Of a stretch of 64,000 bases of DNA, positions 1 to 12,109 are shown in pieces. The translations under genes were made by a program, and so were the position numbers. Every line of letters begins with the position of its first letter. The stretch's first letter is position 1. The stretch comes from Basidiobolus meristosporus CBS 931.73 (lineage: Eukaryota > Fungi > Basidiobolomycota), in the NCBI GenBank assembly GCA_002104905.1, contig MCFE01000358.1, positions 23,647 through 87,646 of the forward strand. Reading direction: 5' to 3'. The notes under the pieces are model-generated. The model was not told the origin of the DNA. It ran no database searches and saw nothing but the letters and a program-made list of their open reading frames with translations.

Positions 1-413
1 CGGAAATAAAGTTTGCTCGGTCGTTTGTAGGGAATTTTCATCATGATCCCGTGTTACACCAGAGGTTATGCTCGCCAAATGTTCCCGAAGAAGCTTCCCT
101 GGTTGCTAGACTTTGATTCGACGGACAGAGGGGGGGGGATTTCAGGTAACGATCGTACCATAGTAAATTCGTGTATGGCTATTGGATGTGGAGAGTTGCT
201 ACGCAAGTAGAATAGGCACATTTTTCACTCCCATTCTTGAGTCCGGAATGGTGAGTGTATCGCCATACTTTTCCACGGTGTGTGTGTCCCAACGGCCACA
301 AAAGGAATTCCAAGGTACGTGAGCCAGTCCACTCCTGCGTGTCCATAAGGGGTGTTTAAGAGCCTGGACATAGCGCCATGGATTTCGAATATCAACTTCG
401 AGAAAGAACAATC

Positions 414-1244
414 ATGAGAGTCAAGGGCCCTTTGGGACAAGTACTCCTAGTGGGATTTGTCTGCTTTGCATGTCCCGGCATGTTGAACACCGTCATCGGT
501 ATAGGTGCCGGTGGTCAGATGGACGATAGCGCTGCCAAGAGCGGAGAAGTCGCCCTTTACTCTTGCTTTGCCATGATGCTCTTGTTCACCCCGTTATTCA
601 TCAGCTCCAACTGGTTCTACTCATACCAGTTCGGCGCCGTGAACGGAGTGTTGTTCAACCTTCGCACCCGTTCCCTCAACAACGCCCTTTACTGGGGATC
701 TCAGATGCTTGGTGCCTATGGCTTTAGGGAGCCTTCCTTGACAACGCTCGCTTCGGTTGTCGTGCCAGAGCTGTGTATGGACTGGCGATTGTTGGAGCGA
801 TCTTCTCGGCCACCTGGGCCGGAGGACTTGCCCTTCAGCTCCAATACACTCGTGAGGATCACCCTATCGAACATCGACTTCATCGACCACCCCAGCGAGT
901 TCTGGCCCAAGTTCATCCTGTACATCTTCTATGGCATGTGTGATGCCATGTTGCAGACCTATGCCTACTGGGTCATGGGAGCCTTGTCGAACGACTCATC
1001 AGTGCTTGCTCGCTATGCTGGCTACTACAAGGGCATCCAATCAGCCGGAGTTGTCATTGCCTGGAGAATCGATGCGGTCGGCACTGCCTTCCTTACCCAG
1101 CTGATCATCAACTGGGGACTGTTCACTCTGTCTCTTCCATTCACCTACTTTGTAGCGCGTGAGGTCAAGGTGGCCTGTAACGATGGCGTTGAAGAGAAGG
1201 GTGAGCCCACTGATAGCGCGTGTTCTCGACATGATCATTGTTGA
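414..1244 (+). pseudogene. Degenerate UNC-93-like MFS transporter copy (copy 0) with an internal deletion of ~504 nt
   Basis: Aligns to the 436-aa copies but jumps from SCFA straight to MLLxTPLF (junction ~572-575; 507 nt of copy 1 replaced by 3 nt). It has +2 and +1 frame changes near 722 and 870, many amino-acid substitutions and a read-through tail. No clear TATA box upstream. Confidence 0.85.
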
Positions 1245-1830
1245 TCATTCATCGTCCAAAATGAATATTATTTAACTGTTCAATACTGCATCCTAATCTG
1301 GCTCATATTGGTCAAGCAAAATTCAGATGGTGCAAATACGTGGGCAAAGTACCCGAAGGTATCTAACAATCACGCCACGTAAATTACGACTCGGTACTTT
1401 CATATATTTCCCAGGTAAGAACAATTCGCGTTCAGGTTACATCACCGAGGGCAAATCCCCATAAATGGAGATTAATTAGACTATACAACGTAGTATAGGC
1501 ATTACCTATTTCGGTATGAAGGATCAACCTTAAGCTCTGGGATATGTGGTACAGAGTGCACAAGGAAATTGATGTCTGCAAATGATAACCGCGCTTCTGA
1601 CAAAAGTTCGATTCCATTTACGGCCCACAATATGCACATATTCCAGAAGCCTAGAGCGAAGGGAAGGTTAATGAAGCCAGTTGCGCCTCTTTCGGTATTG
1701 TTGCATAGAATTCCCACGTTGGTTGCTATTAACAAGCAAAGCTCGCATTCCCCGGACACCGAGTATATAAGAGCTAGCGCAGCGAGAATCTTCACTTCAA
1801 AACTTCACTACCGATAATAGAAATTAAACA

Positions 1831-3141
1831 ATGAGAATCAACAGTCCTTTGGGACAAGTACTCCTCGTGGGTTTCGTCTGCTTCGCATGCCCCGGTATGT
1901 TCAACGTCATCAACGGTATGGGCGCCGGTGGTCAGATGGACGATAACACAGCCAAGAACGGAAATGTCGCCCTTTACTCTTGCTTTGCCGTGTTCGGATG
2001 CCTAGGTGGCGGTTTCTACAACATTCTCGGTGGTCGTCTTTGCTTGTGCCTCGGTGGTTTGACTTACGCTTTGTACTCTGGCTCGCTCCTCTACTACAAC
2101 GAGACCAAGAAGCCCGCATTCGTGATCATTGCCAGTGCCATCCTTGGTGTTGGTGCTGGTATTCTGTGGACAGCTCAAGGCGTGGTGATGATGTCGTACC
2201 CTGCGGAAGATCAGAAGGGCCGCTGTGTCGGTCTGTTCTGGATTCTGTTCAACCTGGGTGGTGTGATGGGAGCCTTCATTCCATTCGGCCTCAACTTCCA
2301 CTCTGACAAGGGAGCAGTCAGCAACAGCACCTACCTCGCCTTCCTCGTGATCATGATTCTCGGTGCTCTCCTCGGACTCATTCTCTTGCCCCCTGGCAAG
2401 GTGATCCGTGATGATGGCAGCAGAGTAGTCGTGAAGAAGTTCACCAACATCGGCGGCGAGATCGTGGACATCCTCAAGCTCTTCACCAACAAGTACATGC
2501 TCCTGCTCACCCCGTTGTTCATCAGCTCCAACTGGTTCTACTCCTACCAGTTCGGCGCTGTGAACGGAGTGTTGTTCAACCTTCGCACCCGTTCCCTCAA
2601 CAACGCCCTGTACTGGGGATCCCAGATGCTTGGTGCCTATGGCTTGGGAGCCTTCCTCGACAACCCTCGCTTCGGTCGTCGTGCCAGAGCTGTGTATGGA
2701 CTGGCGATTGTTGGAGCGATCTTCTCGGCCACCTGGGCCGGAGGACTTGCCCTTCAGCTCCAATACACTCGTGAGGATCACCCCTCGAACATCGACTTCA
2801 TCGACCACCCCAGCGAGTTCTGGCCCAAGTTCATCCTGTACATCTTCTATGGCATGTGTGATGCCATGTTGCAAACCTATGCCTACTGGGTCATGGGAGC
2901 CTTGTCGAACGACTCATCAGTGCTTGCTCGCTATGCTGGCTACTACAAGGGCATCCAATCAGCCGGAGCCGCCATTGCGTGGAGAATCGATGCGGTCGGC
3001 ACTGCCTTCCTCACCCAGCTGATCATCAACTGGGGACTGTTCACTCTGTCTCTTCCATTCACCTACTTTGTAGCACGTGAAGTCAAGGAGACCTGTAACG
3101 ATGGCGCCGAGGAGAAGGGTGAGGTAGCTGACAAAGAGTAA
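1831..3141 (+). CDS. UNC-93-like/DUF895 MFS transporter, type A copy 1 (436 aa; Ngt1/NOPE1-like)
   Basis: Intact intronless ORF with about 12 hydrophobic segments. N-terminal signature QVLLVGFVCFACPGMFNVINGMGAGG and LWTAQG..MSYP motif. TATATAAG at 1764. Confidence 0.92.
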   Translation: MRINSPLGQVLLVGFVCFACPGMFNVINGMGAGGQMDDNTAKNGNVALYSCFAVFGCLGGGFYNILGGRLCLCLGGLTYALYSGSLLYYNETKKPAFVIIASAILGVGAGILWTAQGVVMMSYPAEDQKGRCVGLFWILFNLGGVMGAFIPFGLNFHSDKGAVSNSTYLAFLVIMILGALLGLILLPPGKVIRDDGSRVVVKKFTNIGGEIVDILKLFTNKYMLLLTPLFISSNWFYSYQFGAVNGVLFNLRTRSLNNALYWGSQMLGAYGLGAFLDNPRFGRRARAVYGLAIVGAIFSATWAGGLALQLQYTREDHPSNIDFIDHPSEFWPKFILYIFYGMCDAMLQTYAYWVMGALSNDSSVLARYAGYYKGIQSAGAAIAWRIDAVGTAFLTQLIINWGLFTLSLPFTYFVAREVKETCNDGAEEKGEVADKE

Positions 3142-3759
3142 ACTTATACCCGAACACTGTACAGATCCTATTTTGCAAATATCACTACCTAGCATTACCA
3201 CATTACAAACAATACGAAATTTTAAAATAAATGATCTCATAACCATCACTTTCGTTACCAGAACATTAGCCTATTTGCTGATGGGCTTAATCAACTGATT
3301 TTACCCTGCGTTTTACTTGTAAATCTTCACCATCTGCATTACCGTATTTCTGCTGTGTCTATGCTTTGGTGGACATTGGTGGGTGCTCTAGAGCTAGAGG
3401 GGAATAGTAAGCTGCCTTGGATGAAAAGTCCGCATGAATATCGCCTCATTTGGAGGGTGCTACCGTTTTTGGGAGATCCCTAGGGATTGAAAATCGCTTC
3501 GGATCCACACATCAATATGTATATGTCTATAATAGAGATTGACAGGTCATGGGTGATCAACGTCGCGTTTCGATGGAGCATGATCCCCCAATCCTGGAAA
3601 ACCCATTTCACGTCATACAGAAGTCCGTGGCGCCCAATTTGCTACATGTTCTGGCGAACAGAACCACTCTGTGACATAGAAATATGGTCAAATTGTGGTG
3701 TTTTTAAAGGGGCAAAATGCTGGTCAACAGTAATCTACTTGTTAAAGGTAAAAGTGGTC

Positions 3760-3824
3760 GGAGTTCTGGGCCTGCTCCAAATGGGGGAGATAAATCAAAC
3801 TCAGTGGTGGGTGATGTATATAAA
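3760..3824 (+). promoter_or_regulatory. Core promoter of copy 2: GGAGTTCTGG (3760), AAACTC (3797), TATATAAA (3817)
   Basis: The same motifs occur at identical spacing upstream of copies 4 and 6-9. Confidence 0.6.
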
Positions 3825-3891
3825 ATCAACATAAAGTCGTGCATGATAGCCAACCTTTACTACTACCAATACTACTAGTTACAACTATACA

Positions 3892-5203
3892 ATGAGAATC
3901 AACAGTCCTTTGGGACAAGTACTCCTCGTGGGTTTCGTCTGCTTCGCATGCCCCGGCATGTTCAACGTCATCAACGGTATGGGCGCCGGTGGTCAGATGG
4001 ACGATAACACAGCCAAGAACGGAAATGTCGCCCTTTACTCTTGCTTTGCCGTGTTCGGATGCCTAGGTGGTGGTTTCTACAACATTCTCGGTGGTCGTCT
4101 TTGCTTGTGCCTCGGTGGTTTGACTTACGCTTTGTACTCTGGCTCGCTCCTCTACTACAATGAGACCAAGAAGCCGCATTCGTGATCATTGCCAGTGCCA
4201 TCCTTGGTGTTGGTGCTGGTATTCTGTGGACAGCTCAAGGCGTGGTGATGATGTCGTATCCTGCGGAAGATCAGAAGGGCCGCTGTGTCGGTCTGTTCTG
4301 GATTCTGTTCAACCTTGGGTGGTGTGATGGGAGCCTTCATTCCATTCGGCCTCAACTTCCACTCTGACAAGGGAGCCGTCAGCAACAGCACCTACCTCGC
4401 CTTCCTCGTGATCATGATTCTCGGCGCTCTCCTCGGACTCATTCTCTTGCCCCCTGGCAAGGTGATCCGCGATGATGGCAGCAGAGTAGTCGTGAAGAAG
4501 TTCACCAACATCGGCGGCGAGATCGTGGACATCCTCAAGCTCTTCACCAACAAGTACATGCTCCTGCTCACCCCGTTGTTCATCAGCTCCAACTGGTTCT
4601 ACTCCATACCAGTTCGGCGCCGTGAACGGAGTGTTGTTCAACCTTCGCACCCGTTCCCTCAACAACGCCCTGTACTGGGGATCTCAGATGCTTGGTGCCT
4701 ATGGCTTGGGAGCCTTCCTTGACAACCCTCGCTTCGGTCGTCGTGCCAGAGCTGTGTATGGACTGGCCATTGTTGGAGCGATCTTCTCGGCCACCTGGGC
4801 CGGAGGTCTTGCCCTTCAGCTCCAATACACTCGTGAGGATCACCCCTCGAACATCGACTTCATCGACCACCCCAGCGAGTTCTGGCCCAAGTTCATCCTG
4901 TACATCTTCTATGGCATGTGTGATGCCATGTTGCAAACCTATGCCTACTGGGTCATGGGAGCCTTGTCGAACGACTCGTCAGTGCTTGCTCGCTACGCTG
5001 GCTACTACAAGGGCATCCAATCAGCCGGAGCCGCCATTGCCTGGAGAATCGATGCTGTTGGCACTGCCTTCCTCACCCAGCTGATCATCAATTGGGGACT
5101 GTTCACTCTGTCTCTTCCATTCACCTACTTCGTAGCACGCGAGGTCAAGGAGACCTGTAACGATGGGGCTGAAGAGAAGGGTGAAGTTGCTGACAAGGAG
5201 TGA
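3892..5203 (+). CDS. Type A copy 2; three single-base indels, probably consensus errors
   Basis: Full-length similarity to copy 1 from ATG to TGA (1312 nt). Indels are -1 at aagaagccgca (~4175), +1 at aaccttggg (~4314) and +1 at tccatacc (~4606). Confidence 0.75.
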
Positions 5204-5942
5204 ACAGGATATAAATTCATACTTGGTTTTATTTTTAGCCATATCTGTAATTACTTTAATCGTACTTAACTAAATGTAATAAAGCTAGCGTGTTACATCG
5301 AACCTAATTTCAATTCCAGTACCAACGTACTAATTTCTAGCAGACAAAACGCTTTCGGTGTCCCGGCTGATTACAGTGATTAGTGGTAGCGTAATGCTGG
5401 AGATAACCTTCTATAACAGATTGTTTGGTCAACATCAATTTCTTCGAAATCATTGGTGTATATTGTCGGAGCATGGCAAATACCTTTCACTGGAATCTAG
5501 CCGTAAAAACCATTTCAACTCCGCACGCCACTGGTCACCAAAATAGAATTCATCAAATCCAACATTACACCAACTTCAATTTAGCTATTTCTAAAGCAGA
5601 ACATAACTATGACGCTCGGCACATCCCGTAACCCATCAAATGATCTCTGGAAACACAACAGTGGCTTGTAGTCTGGTGACACGAGAGGGACGTTCCACCA
5701 TGAAGCTTATTCCGGACAATCACTTCGGTTCACCAAATCAAATAAGTACAGATTTCAACATCGAAATTGGAATGGTCCAATTACCAAAATACCTTGGTTA
5801 CTAAGACTGCTTATGTACCTAATACTACAGTAGCTTATGTGGATTAGCCACTCGGTGCATCGACGGTCGCTACCAAGTATATAAGACTGGGAGTAATGAT
5901 ATGTGATTATCAAATATTCACTCTCAATTGATAAACTAAATA

Positions 5943-7255
5943 ATGAGAATTAACAGTCCTTTGGGACAAGTACTCCTCGTGGGTTTTGTCTGCTTCGCAT
6001 GCCCCGGCATGTTCAACGTCATCAACGGTATGGGCGCCGGTGGTCAGATGGACGATAACACAGCCAAGAACGGAAATGTCGCCCTTTACTCTTGCTTTGC
6101 CGTATTCGGATGCCTAGGTGGTGGTTTCTACAACATTCTCGGTGGTCGTCTTTGCTTGTGCCTCGGTGGTTTGACTTACGCTTTGTACTCTGGCTCGCTC
6201 CTCTACTACAACGAGACCAAGAAGCCGCATTCGTGATCATTGCCAGTGCCATCCTTGGTGTTGGTGCTGGTATTCTGTGGACAGCTCAGGGTGTGGTGAT
6301 GATGTCGTATCCCGCGGAAGATCAGAAGGGTCGCTGTGTCGGTCTGTTCTGGATTCTGTTCAACCTGGGTGGTGTGATGGGAGCCTTCATTCCATTCGGC
6401 CTCAACTTCCACTCTGACAAGGGAGCCGTCAGCAACAGCACCTACCTCGCCTTCCTCGTGATCATGATTCTCGGCGCTCTCCTCGGACTCATTCTCCTTG
6501 CCCCCTGGCAAGGTGATCCGCGATGATGGCAGCAGAGTAGTCGTGAAGAAGTTCACCAACATCGGTGGTGAGATCGTGGACATCCTCAAGCTCTTCACCA
6601 ACAAGTACATGCTCCTGCTCACCCCGTTGTTCATTCAGCTCCAACTGGTTCTACTCCTACCAGTTCGGCGCCGTGAACGGAGTGTTGTTCAACCTTCGCA
6701 CCCGTTCCCTCAACAACGCCCTGTACTGGGGATCTCAGATGCTTGGTGCCTATGGCTTGGGAGCCTTCCTTGACAACCCTCGCTTCGGTCGTCGTGCCAG
6801 AGCTGTGTATGGACTGGCCATTGTTGGAGCGATCTTCTCGGCCACCTGGGCCGGAGGTCTTGCCCTTCAGCTCCAATACACTCGTGAGGATCACCCCTCG
6901 AACATCGACTTCATCGACCACCCCAGTGAGTTCTGGCCCAAGTTCATCCTGTACATCTTCTATGGCATGTGTGATGCCATGTTGCAGACCTATGCCTACT
7001 GGGTCATGGGAGCCTTGTCGAACGACTCATCAGTGCTTGCTCGCTATGCTGGCTACTACAAGGGTATCCAATCAGCCGGAGCCGCCATTGCGTGGAGAAT
7101 CGATGCTGTCGGCACTGCCTTCCTCACCCAGCTGATCATCAACTGGGGACTGTTCACTCTGTCTCTTCCATTCACCTACTTCGTAGCAGCGTGAGGTCAA
7201 GGAGACCTGTAACGATGGCGCTGAAGAGAAGGGTGAAGCAGCTGACAAGGAGTAA
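5943..7255 (+). CDS. Type A copy 3; four single-base indels, probably consensus errors
   Basis: Full-length similarity (1313 nt). Indels are -1 (~6226), +1 ctccttg (~6497), +1 ttcattcagc (~6635) and +1 gtagcagcgt (~7188). TATATAAG at 5878. Confidence 0.75.
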
Positions 7256-8601
7256 ATCCAAAATATATCGTTGTACAGAATTTCGTCTACATCTAACTCC
7301 ATCCATTAAATTTAAAGCATGATTTAATCAACATATAATACGCAATGAATAAACCACGTATCAATCATTTCAGTATTACGAATCCATGAGCTCACAATTC
7401 TGTAGTACAAAGTGGATATACCGAACCCTTAATTTTGAGCGGGGGTCAAATTCGGGCCATTTCTCACGTAAGATACATGTCTGATTTTACATTTCCCGAA
7501 TCACTCTAGGTTGACCAGAATAATAAATGGTAAACAAAAATCGCCTAATCTTTCCTTTTGTAGCCATTCTCGCTTCGGAGTAAGTTTGTATTGATCATCC
7601 CAAAATTATAATATTGTATTTTAATGAAACTATATTGATGCCTAAAGTCCGTAGAATCCTCGGTCCAGTGTTATTATTAGTATTGAGACCTATGTTACAC
7701 GGTGGCCCATAGCTTCCATATTTGCAGATCTTTTCGTCAAATAGAATACCAACTAGCATGAATTAATATGTTTAAATCATTAAATACTAAAACGGGTAAA
7801 ATACCTAGTTATGAGTAAAATCCCTGCGGTGCGAATGTGGTTGAACTTGTTTCTTACAATTGGTTATCCAGGACTGCGTGCTTCATTCGACAATTCTCCG
7901 TCTACTGTATGTGGCTTTGAAATCAGCTCAATTTCCTAGGTAATTGGCGTCCTCAATAATGTCCTCCGTACAGGGCATAAAGTTGATTGGACGGTGTGGT
8001 TTGTATTGAAACTATTCATTTCAAATAACGATCAAATATGTAGCTAAAAGTTGTGATAATCAGAGTAGAAAGCCTGCAATTCGATCCTAAAATGAATGAG
8101 GTTCAATTCTGTTATTATTATGAACCCCATAAATCGCTGCGCGTTGTATAGTATTGGACGAATGATCACAGAGTGTTGATTGGCTACGCGTAACGATCCT
8201 TCGCAATCCAGATTCGATATTTGCGAAATGAAATTGAGTTTCAGGATTTTCGGGTCTTACCCGAAAATGGAATGGGCTTCCATATCACTTGGTCCACACT
8301 GCTTTCCCTGATTAGGAAGCCTATACTAAATATGGCAATAATTTATGCTACAAAGATTGGAATTGAATAAGCGCGTAAACGAATGATTTTTGGACGGCTG
8401 GGCCAAGATGGACTTCAAGAAATATTTGCATGATGGAATCATCGAAAAAAGTGCAGGTCACACGATAATTTGAGGCGCACACATGAAAATCCGCTCGGGC
8501 GAATAGAGCATTGGGAACGGATGGGAATGTGTTCATATTGAAACAAATTAAAGTTGTAAAAGGTGTTAGTCTTAAAGGGTATATTCAATGAAGATGTAAA
8601 T

Positions 8602-8666
8602 GGAGTTCTGGACCAATGCCAAGAACGATATTCACTTTAAACTCGGTGAATGAATGTGTATATAAG
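8602..8666 (+). promoter_or_regulatory. Core promoter of copy 4: GGAGTTCTGG (8602), AAACTC (8639), TATATAAG (8659)
   Basis: Same -57 and -20 spacing to the TATA box as copies 2 and 6-9. Confidence 0.6.
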
Positions 8667-8730
8667 ATTAGCATCGAGGTTTCTGTTTCATCAAACACTA
8701 AATAATACTACAACTAGTTACAACTGTACA

Positions 8731-10041
8731 ATGAGAATCAACAGTCCTTTGGGACAAGTACTCCTCGTGGGTTTTGTCTGCTTCGCATGCCCCGGCATGT
8801 TCAACGTCATCAACGGTATGGGCGCCGGTGGTCAGATGGATGATAACACAGCCAAGAACGGAAATGTCGCCCTTTACTCTTGCTTTGCCGTGTTCGGATG
8901 CCTAGGTGGCGGTTTCTACAACATTCTCGGTGGTCGTCTTTGCTTGTGCCTCGGTGGTTTGACTTACGCTTTGTACTCTGGCTCGCTCCTCTACTACAAC
9001 GAGACCAAGAAGCCCGCATTCGTGATCATTGCCAGTGCCATCCTTGGTGTTGGTGCTGGTATTCTGTGGACAGCTCAGGGTGTGGTGATGATGTCGTATC
9101 CCGCGGAAGATCAGAAGGGTCGCTGTGTCGGTCTGTTCTGGATTCTGTTCAACCTGGGTGGTGTGATGGGAGCCTTCATTCCATTCGGCCTCAACTTCCA
9201 CTCTGACAAGGGAGCCGTCAGCAACAGCACCTACCTCGCCTTCCTCGTGATCATGATTCTCGGCGCTCTCCTCGGACTCATTCTCTTGCCCCCTGGCAAG
9301 GTGATCCGCGATGATGGCAGCAGAGTAGTCGTGAAGAAGTTCACCAACATCGGCGGTGAGATCGTGGACATCCTCAAGCTCTTCACCAACAAGTACATGC
9401 TCCTGCTCACCCCGTTGTTCATTAGCTCCAACTGGTTCTACTCCTACCAGTTTGGCGCCGTGAACGGAGTGTTGTTCAACCTTCGCACCCGTTCCCTCAA
9501 CAACGCCCTTTACTGGGGATCTCAGATGCTTGGTGCCTACGGCTTGGGAGCCTTCCTCGACAACCCCCGCTTCGGTCGTCGTGCCAGAGCTGTGTATGGA
9601 CTGGCGATTGTTGGAGCGATCTTCTCGGCCACCTGGGCCGGAGGTCTTGCCCTTCAGCTCCAATACACTCGTGAGGATCACCCCTCGAACATCGACTTCA
9701 TCGACCACCCCAGCGAGTTCTGGCCCAAGTTCATCCTGTACATCTTCTATGGCATGTGTGATGCCATGTTGCAAACCTATGCCTACTGGGTCATGGGAGC
9801 CTTGTCGAACGACTCATCAGTGCTTGCTCGCTATGCTGGCTACTACAAGGGCATCCAATCAGCCGGAGCCGCCATTGCCTGGAGAATCGATGCTGTTGGC
9901 ACTGCCTTCCTCACCCAGCTGATCATCAACTGGGGACTGTTCACTCTGTCTCTTCCATTCACCTACTTCGTAGCGCGTGAGGTCAAGGAGACCTGTAACG
10001 ATGGCGCTGAAGAGAAGGGTGAGGTAGCAGACAAAGAGTAA
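8731..10041 (+). CDS. Type A copy 4 (436 aa, intact)
   Basis: Protein identical to copy 1. Start placed at 8731 because the ORF-track ATG at 8650 lies upstream of the TATA box. Confidence 0.92.
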   Translation: MRINSPLGQVLLVGFVCFACPGMFNVINGMGAGGQMDDNTAKNGNVALYSCFAVFGCLGGGFYNILGGRLCLCLGGLTYALYSGSLLYYNETKKPAFVIIASAILGVGAGILWTAQGVVMMSYPAEDQKGRCVGLFWILFNLGGVMGAFIPFGLNFHSDKGAVSNSTYLAFLVIMILGALLGLILLPPGKVIRDDGSRVVVKKFTNIGGEIVDILKLFTNKYMLLLTPLFISSNWFYSYQFGAVNGVLFNLRTRSLNNALYWGSQMLGAYGLGAFLDNPRFGRRARAVYGLAIVGAIFSATWAGGLALQLQYTREDHPSNIDFIDHPSEFWPKFILYIFYGMCDAMLQTYAYWVMGALSNDSSVLARYAGYYKGIQSAGAAIAWRIDAVGTAFLTQLIINWGLFTLSLPFTYFVAREVKETCNDGAEEKGEVADKE

Positions 10042-10798
10042 ATCAAAAATACTTCAATGTACAGAATTAGCTAATTATCAATACTTATCAATGCCACATT
10101 ACTGATAGCACGAAATATTATAATAAATGATATTATAACCTCATCAACTCAACCTTGTGCCCTACAATTTTACTCCGTCTGCTAAAAGACGCAATCTGCT
10201 TAGACCCCCACAATGATCGCCTCCGTAATCAAATTTAGATGCGATCAACGGTGGTTTATCTTCATGGTCAAGTTTGTATCGAACATACAGATTTTCGATG
10301 TGGCGTTGATTCCATAGGCAACCATAAAAAAGTCCGCACAAATATCACTTGATTCGGCTGGACCTTCCTTATTTAGCCGCGATTTGGATTAACATCATTC
10401 TCGGATCCGTATATAGATAAATATACACAAAGCTACAATAAAAATAGGATCGGCCTAGAGTGATCAGCATAGTGGTTGTATTTAGAGTTTTCCTGTAACC
10501 ACAGGAAATCCATCCCAGGCCATTTAGAAGTTCGTGGCGTGAAATTCGAAGTATACTCCAATAAATCGAGCCTAATGATTAATCGAAATTTATCTAAATC
10601 CTACGATCCCAAAATGGTAAGAAAGCGGGTCAACCTTAATATACTCGTTATAGGCACAATGAAGCGTCGTTCTAGGTCGGCTTCAAACATGGCGATCACT
10701 TCATGCGCAGTGATCGAAAACATATATAAGTTCTACCTAGAGGTCTTAGTCACATTCATATCTAAAATACTACAAGAACAACTAGTTAAAACATTATA

Positions 10799-12109
10799 AT
10801 GAGAATCAACAGTCCTTTGGGACAAGTACTCCTCGTGGGTTTTGTCTGCTTCGCATGCCCCGGCATGTTCAACGTCATCAACGGTATGGGCGCCGGTGGA
10901 CAGATGGACGATAACACAGCCAAGAACGGAAATGTCGCCCTTTACTCTTGCTTTGCCGTGTTCGGATGCCTAGGTGGTGGTTTCTACAACATTCTTGGTG
11001 GTCGTCTTTGCTTGTGCCTCGGTGGTTTGACTTACGCTTTGTACTCTGGCTCGCTCCTCTACTACAACGAGACCAAGAAGCCGCATTCGTGATCATTGCC
11101 AGTGCCATCCTTGGTGTTGGTGCTGGTATTCTGTGGACAGCTCAGGGTGTGGTGATGATGTCGTATCCCGCGGAAGATCAGAAGGGTCGCTGTGTCGGTC
11201 TGTTCTGGATTCTGTTCAACCTGGGTGGTGTGATGGGAGCCTTCATTCCATTCGGCCTCAACTTCCACTCTGACAAGGGAGCCGTCAGCAACAGCACCTA
11301 CCTCGCCTTCCTCGTGATCATGATTCTCGGTGCTCTCCTCGGACTCATTCTCCTGCCTCCTGGCAAGGTGATCCGTGATGATGGCAGCAGAGTAGTCGTG
11401 AAGAAGTTCACCAACATCGGCGGTGAGATCGTGGACATCCTCAAGCTCTTCACCAACAAGTACATGCTCCTGCTCACCCCATTGTTCATCAGCTCCAACT
11501 GGTTCTACTCATACCAGTTCGGCGCTGTGAACGGAGTGTTGTTCAACCTTCGCACCCGTTCCCTCAACAACGCCCTCTACTGGGGATCTCAGATGCTTGG
11601 TGCCTACGGCTTGGGAGCCTTCCTCGACAACCCTCGCTTCGGTCGTCGTGCCAGAGCTGTGTATGGACTGGCCATTGTTGGAGCGATCTTCTCGGCCACC
11701 TGGGCCGGAGGACTTGCCCTTCAGCTCCAATACACTCGTGAGGATCACCCCTCGAACATCGACTTCATCGACCACCCCAGCGAGTTCTGGCCCAAGTTCA
11801 TCCTGTACATCTTCTATGGCATGTGTGATGCCATGTTGCAGACCTATGCTTACTGGGTCATGGGAGCCTTGTCGAACGACTCGTCAGTGCTTGCTCGCTA
11901 TGCTGGCTACTACAAGGGCATCCAATCAGCCGGAGCTGCCATTGCGTGGAGAATCGATGCGGTCGGCACTGCCTTCCTTACCCAGCTGATCATCAACTGG
12001 GGGACTGTTCACTCTGTCTCTTCCATTCACCTACTTTGTAGCGCGCGAGGTCAAGGAGACCTGCAACGATGGCGCCGAAGAGAAGGGCGAGGTAGCAGAC
12101 AAAGAGTAA
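10799..12109 (+). CDS. Type A copy 5; -1 and +1 indels, probably consensus errors
   Basis: 1311 nt from ATG to TAA. Indels are -1 at aagaagccgca (~11082) and +1 G in a G-run (~12001). TATATAAG at 10723. Confidence 0.75.

Noticed and set aside
2002-2874. 290-aa antisense ORF repeated in several copies, plus other overlapping 60-150 aa ORFs
   Set aside because: It mirrors the C-ending codon bias of the sense gene and is broken in otherwise intact copies 9 and 10, so it is not under selection.
4170-4185. Recurrent -1 at aagaagccgca (copies 2, 3, 5) as programmed frameshifting or phase variation
   Set aside because: There is no slippery heptamer or long homopolymer, and the site coincides with the CCC/CCG polymorphism; a consensus error is simpler.
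7855-7925. TIGYPGLRASFDNSPSTVCGFEI resembling MLGAYGLGAFLDNPR...AVYGLAI (another relic?)
   Set aside because: Too short and needs a gap; cannot be separated from chance by eye.
8650-8730. 27-aa N-terminal extension of copy 4 (463-aa ORF)
   Set aside because: The ATG lies upstream of the TATA box at 8659, so it is unlikely to be in the mRNA.
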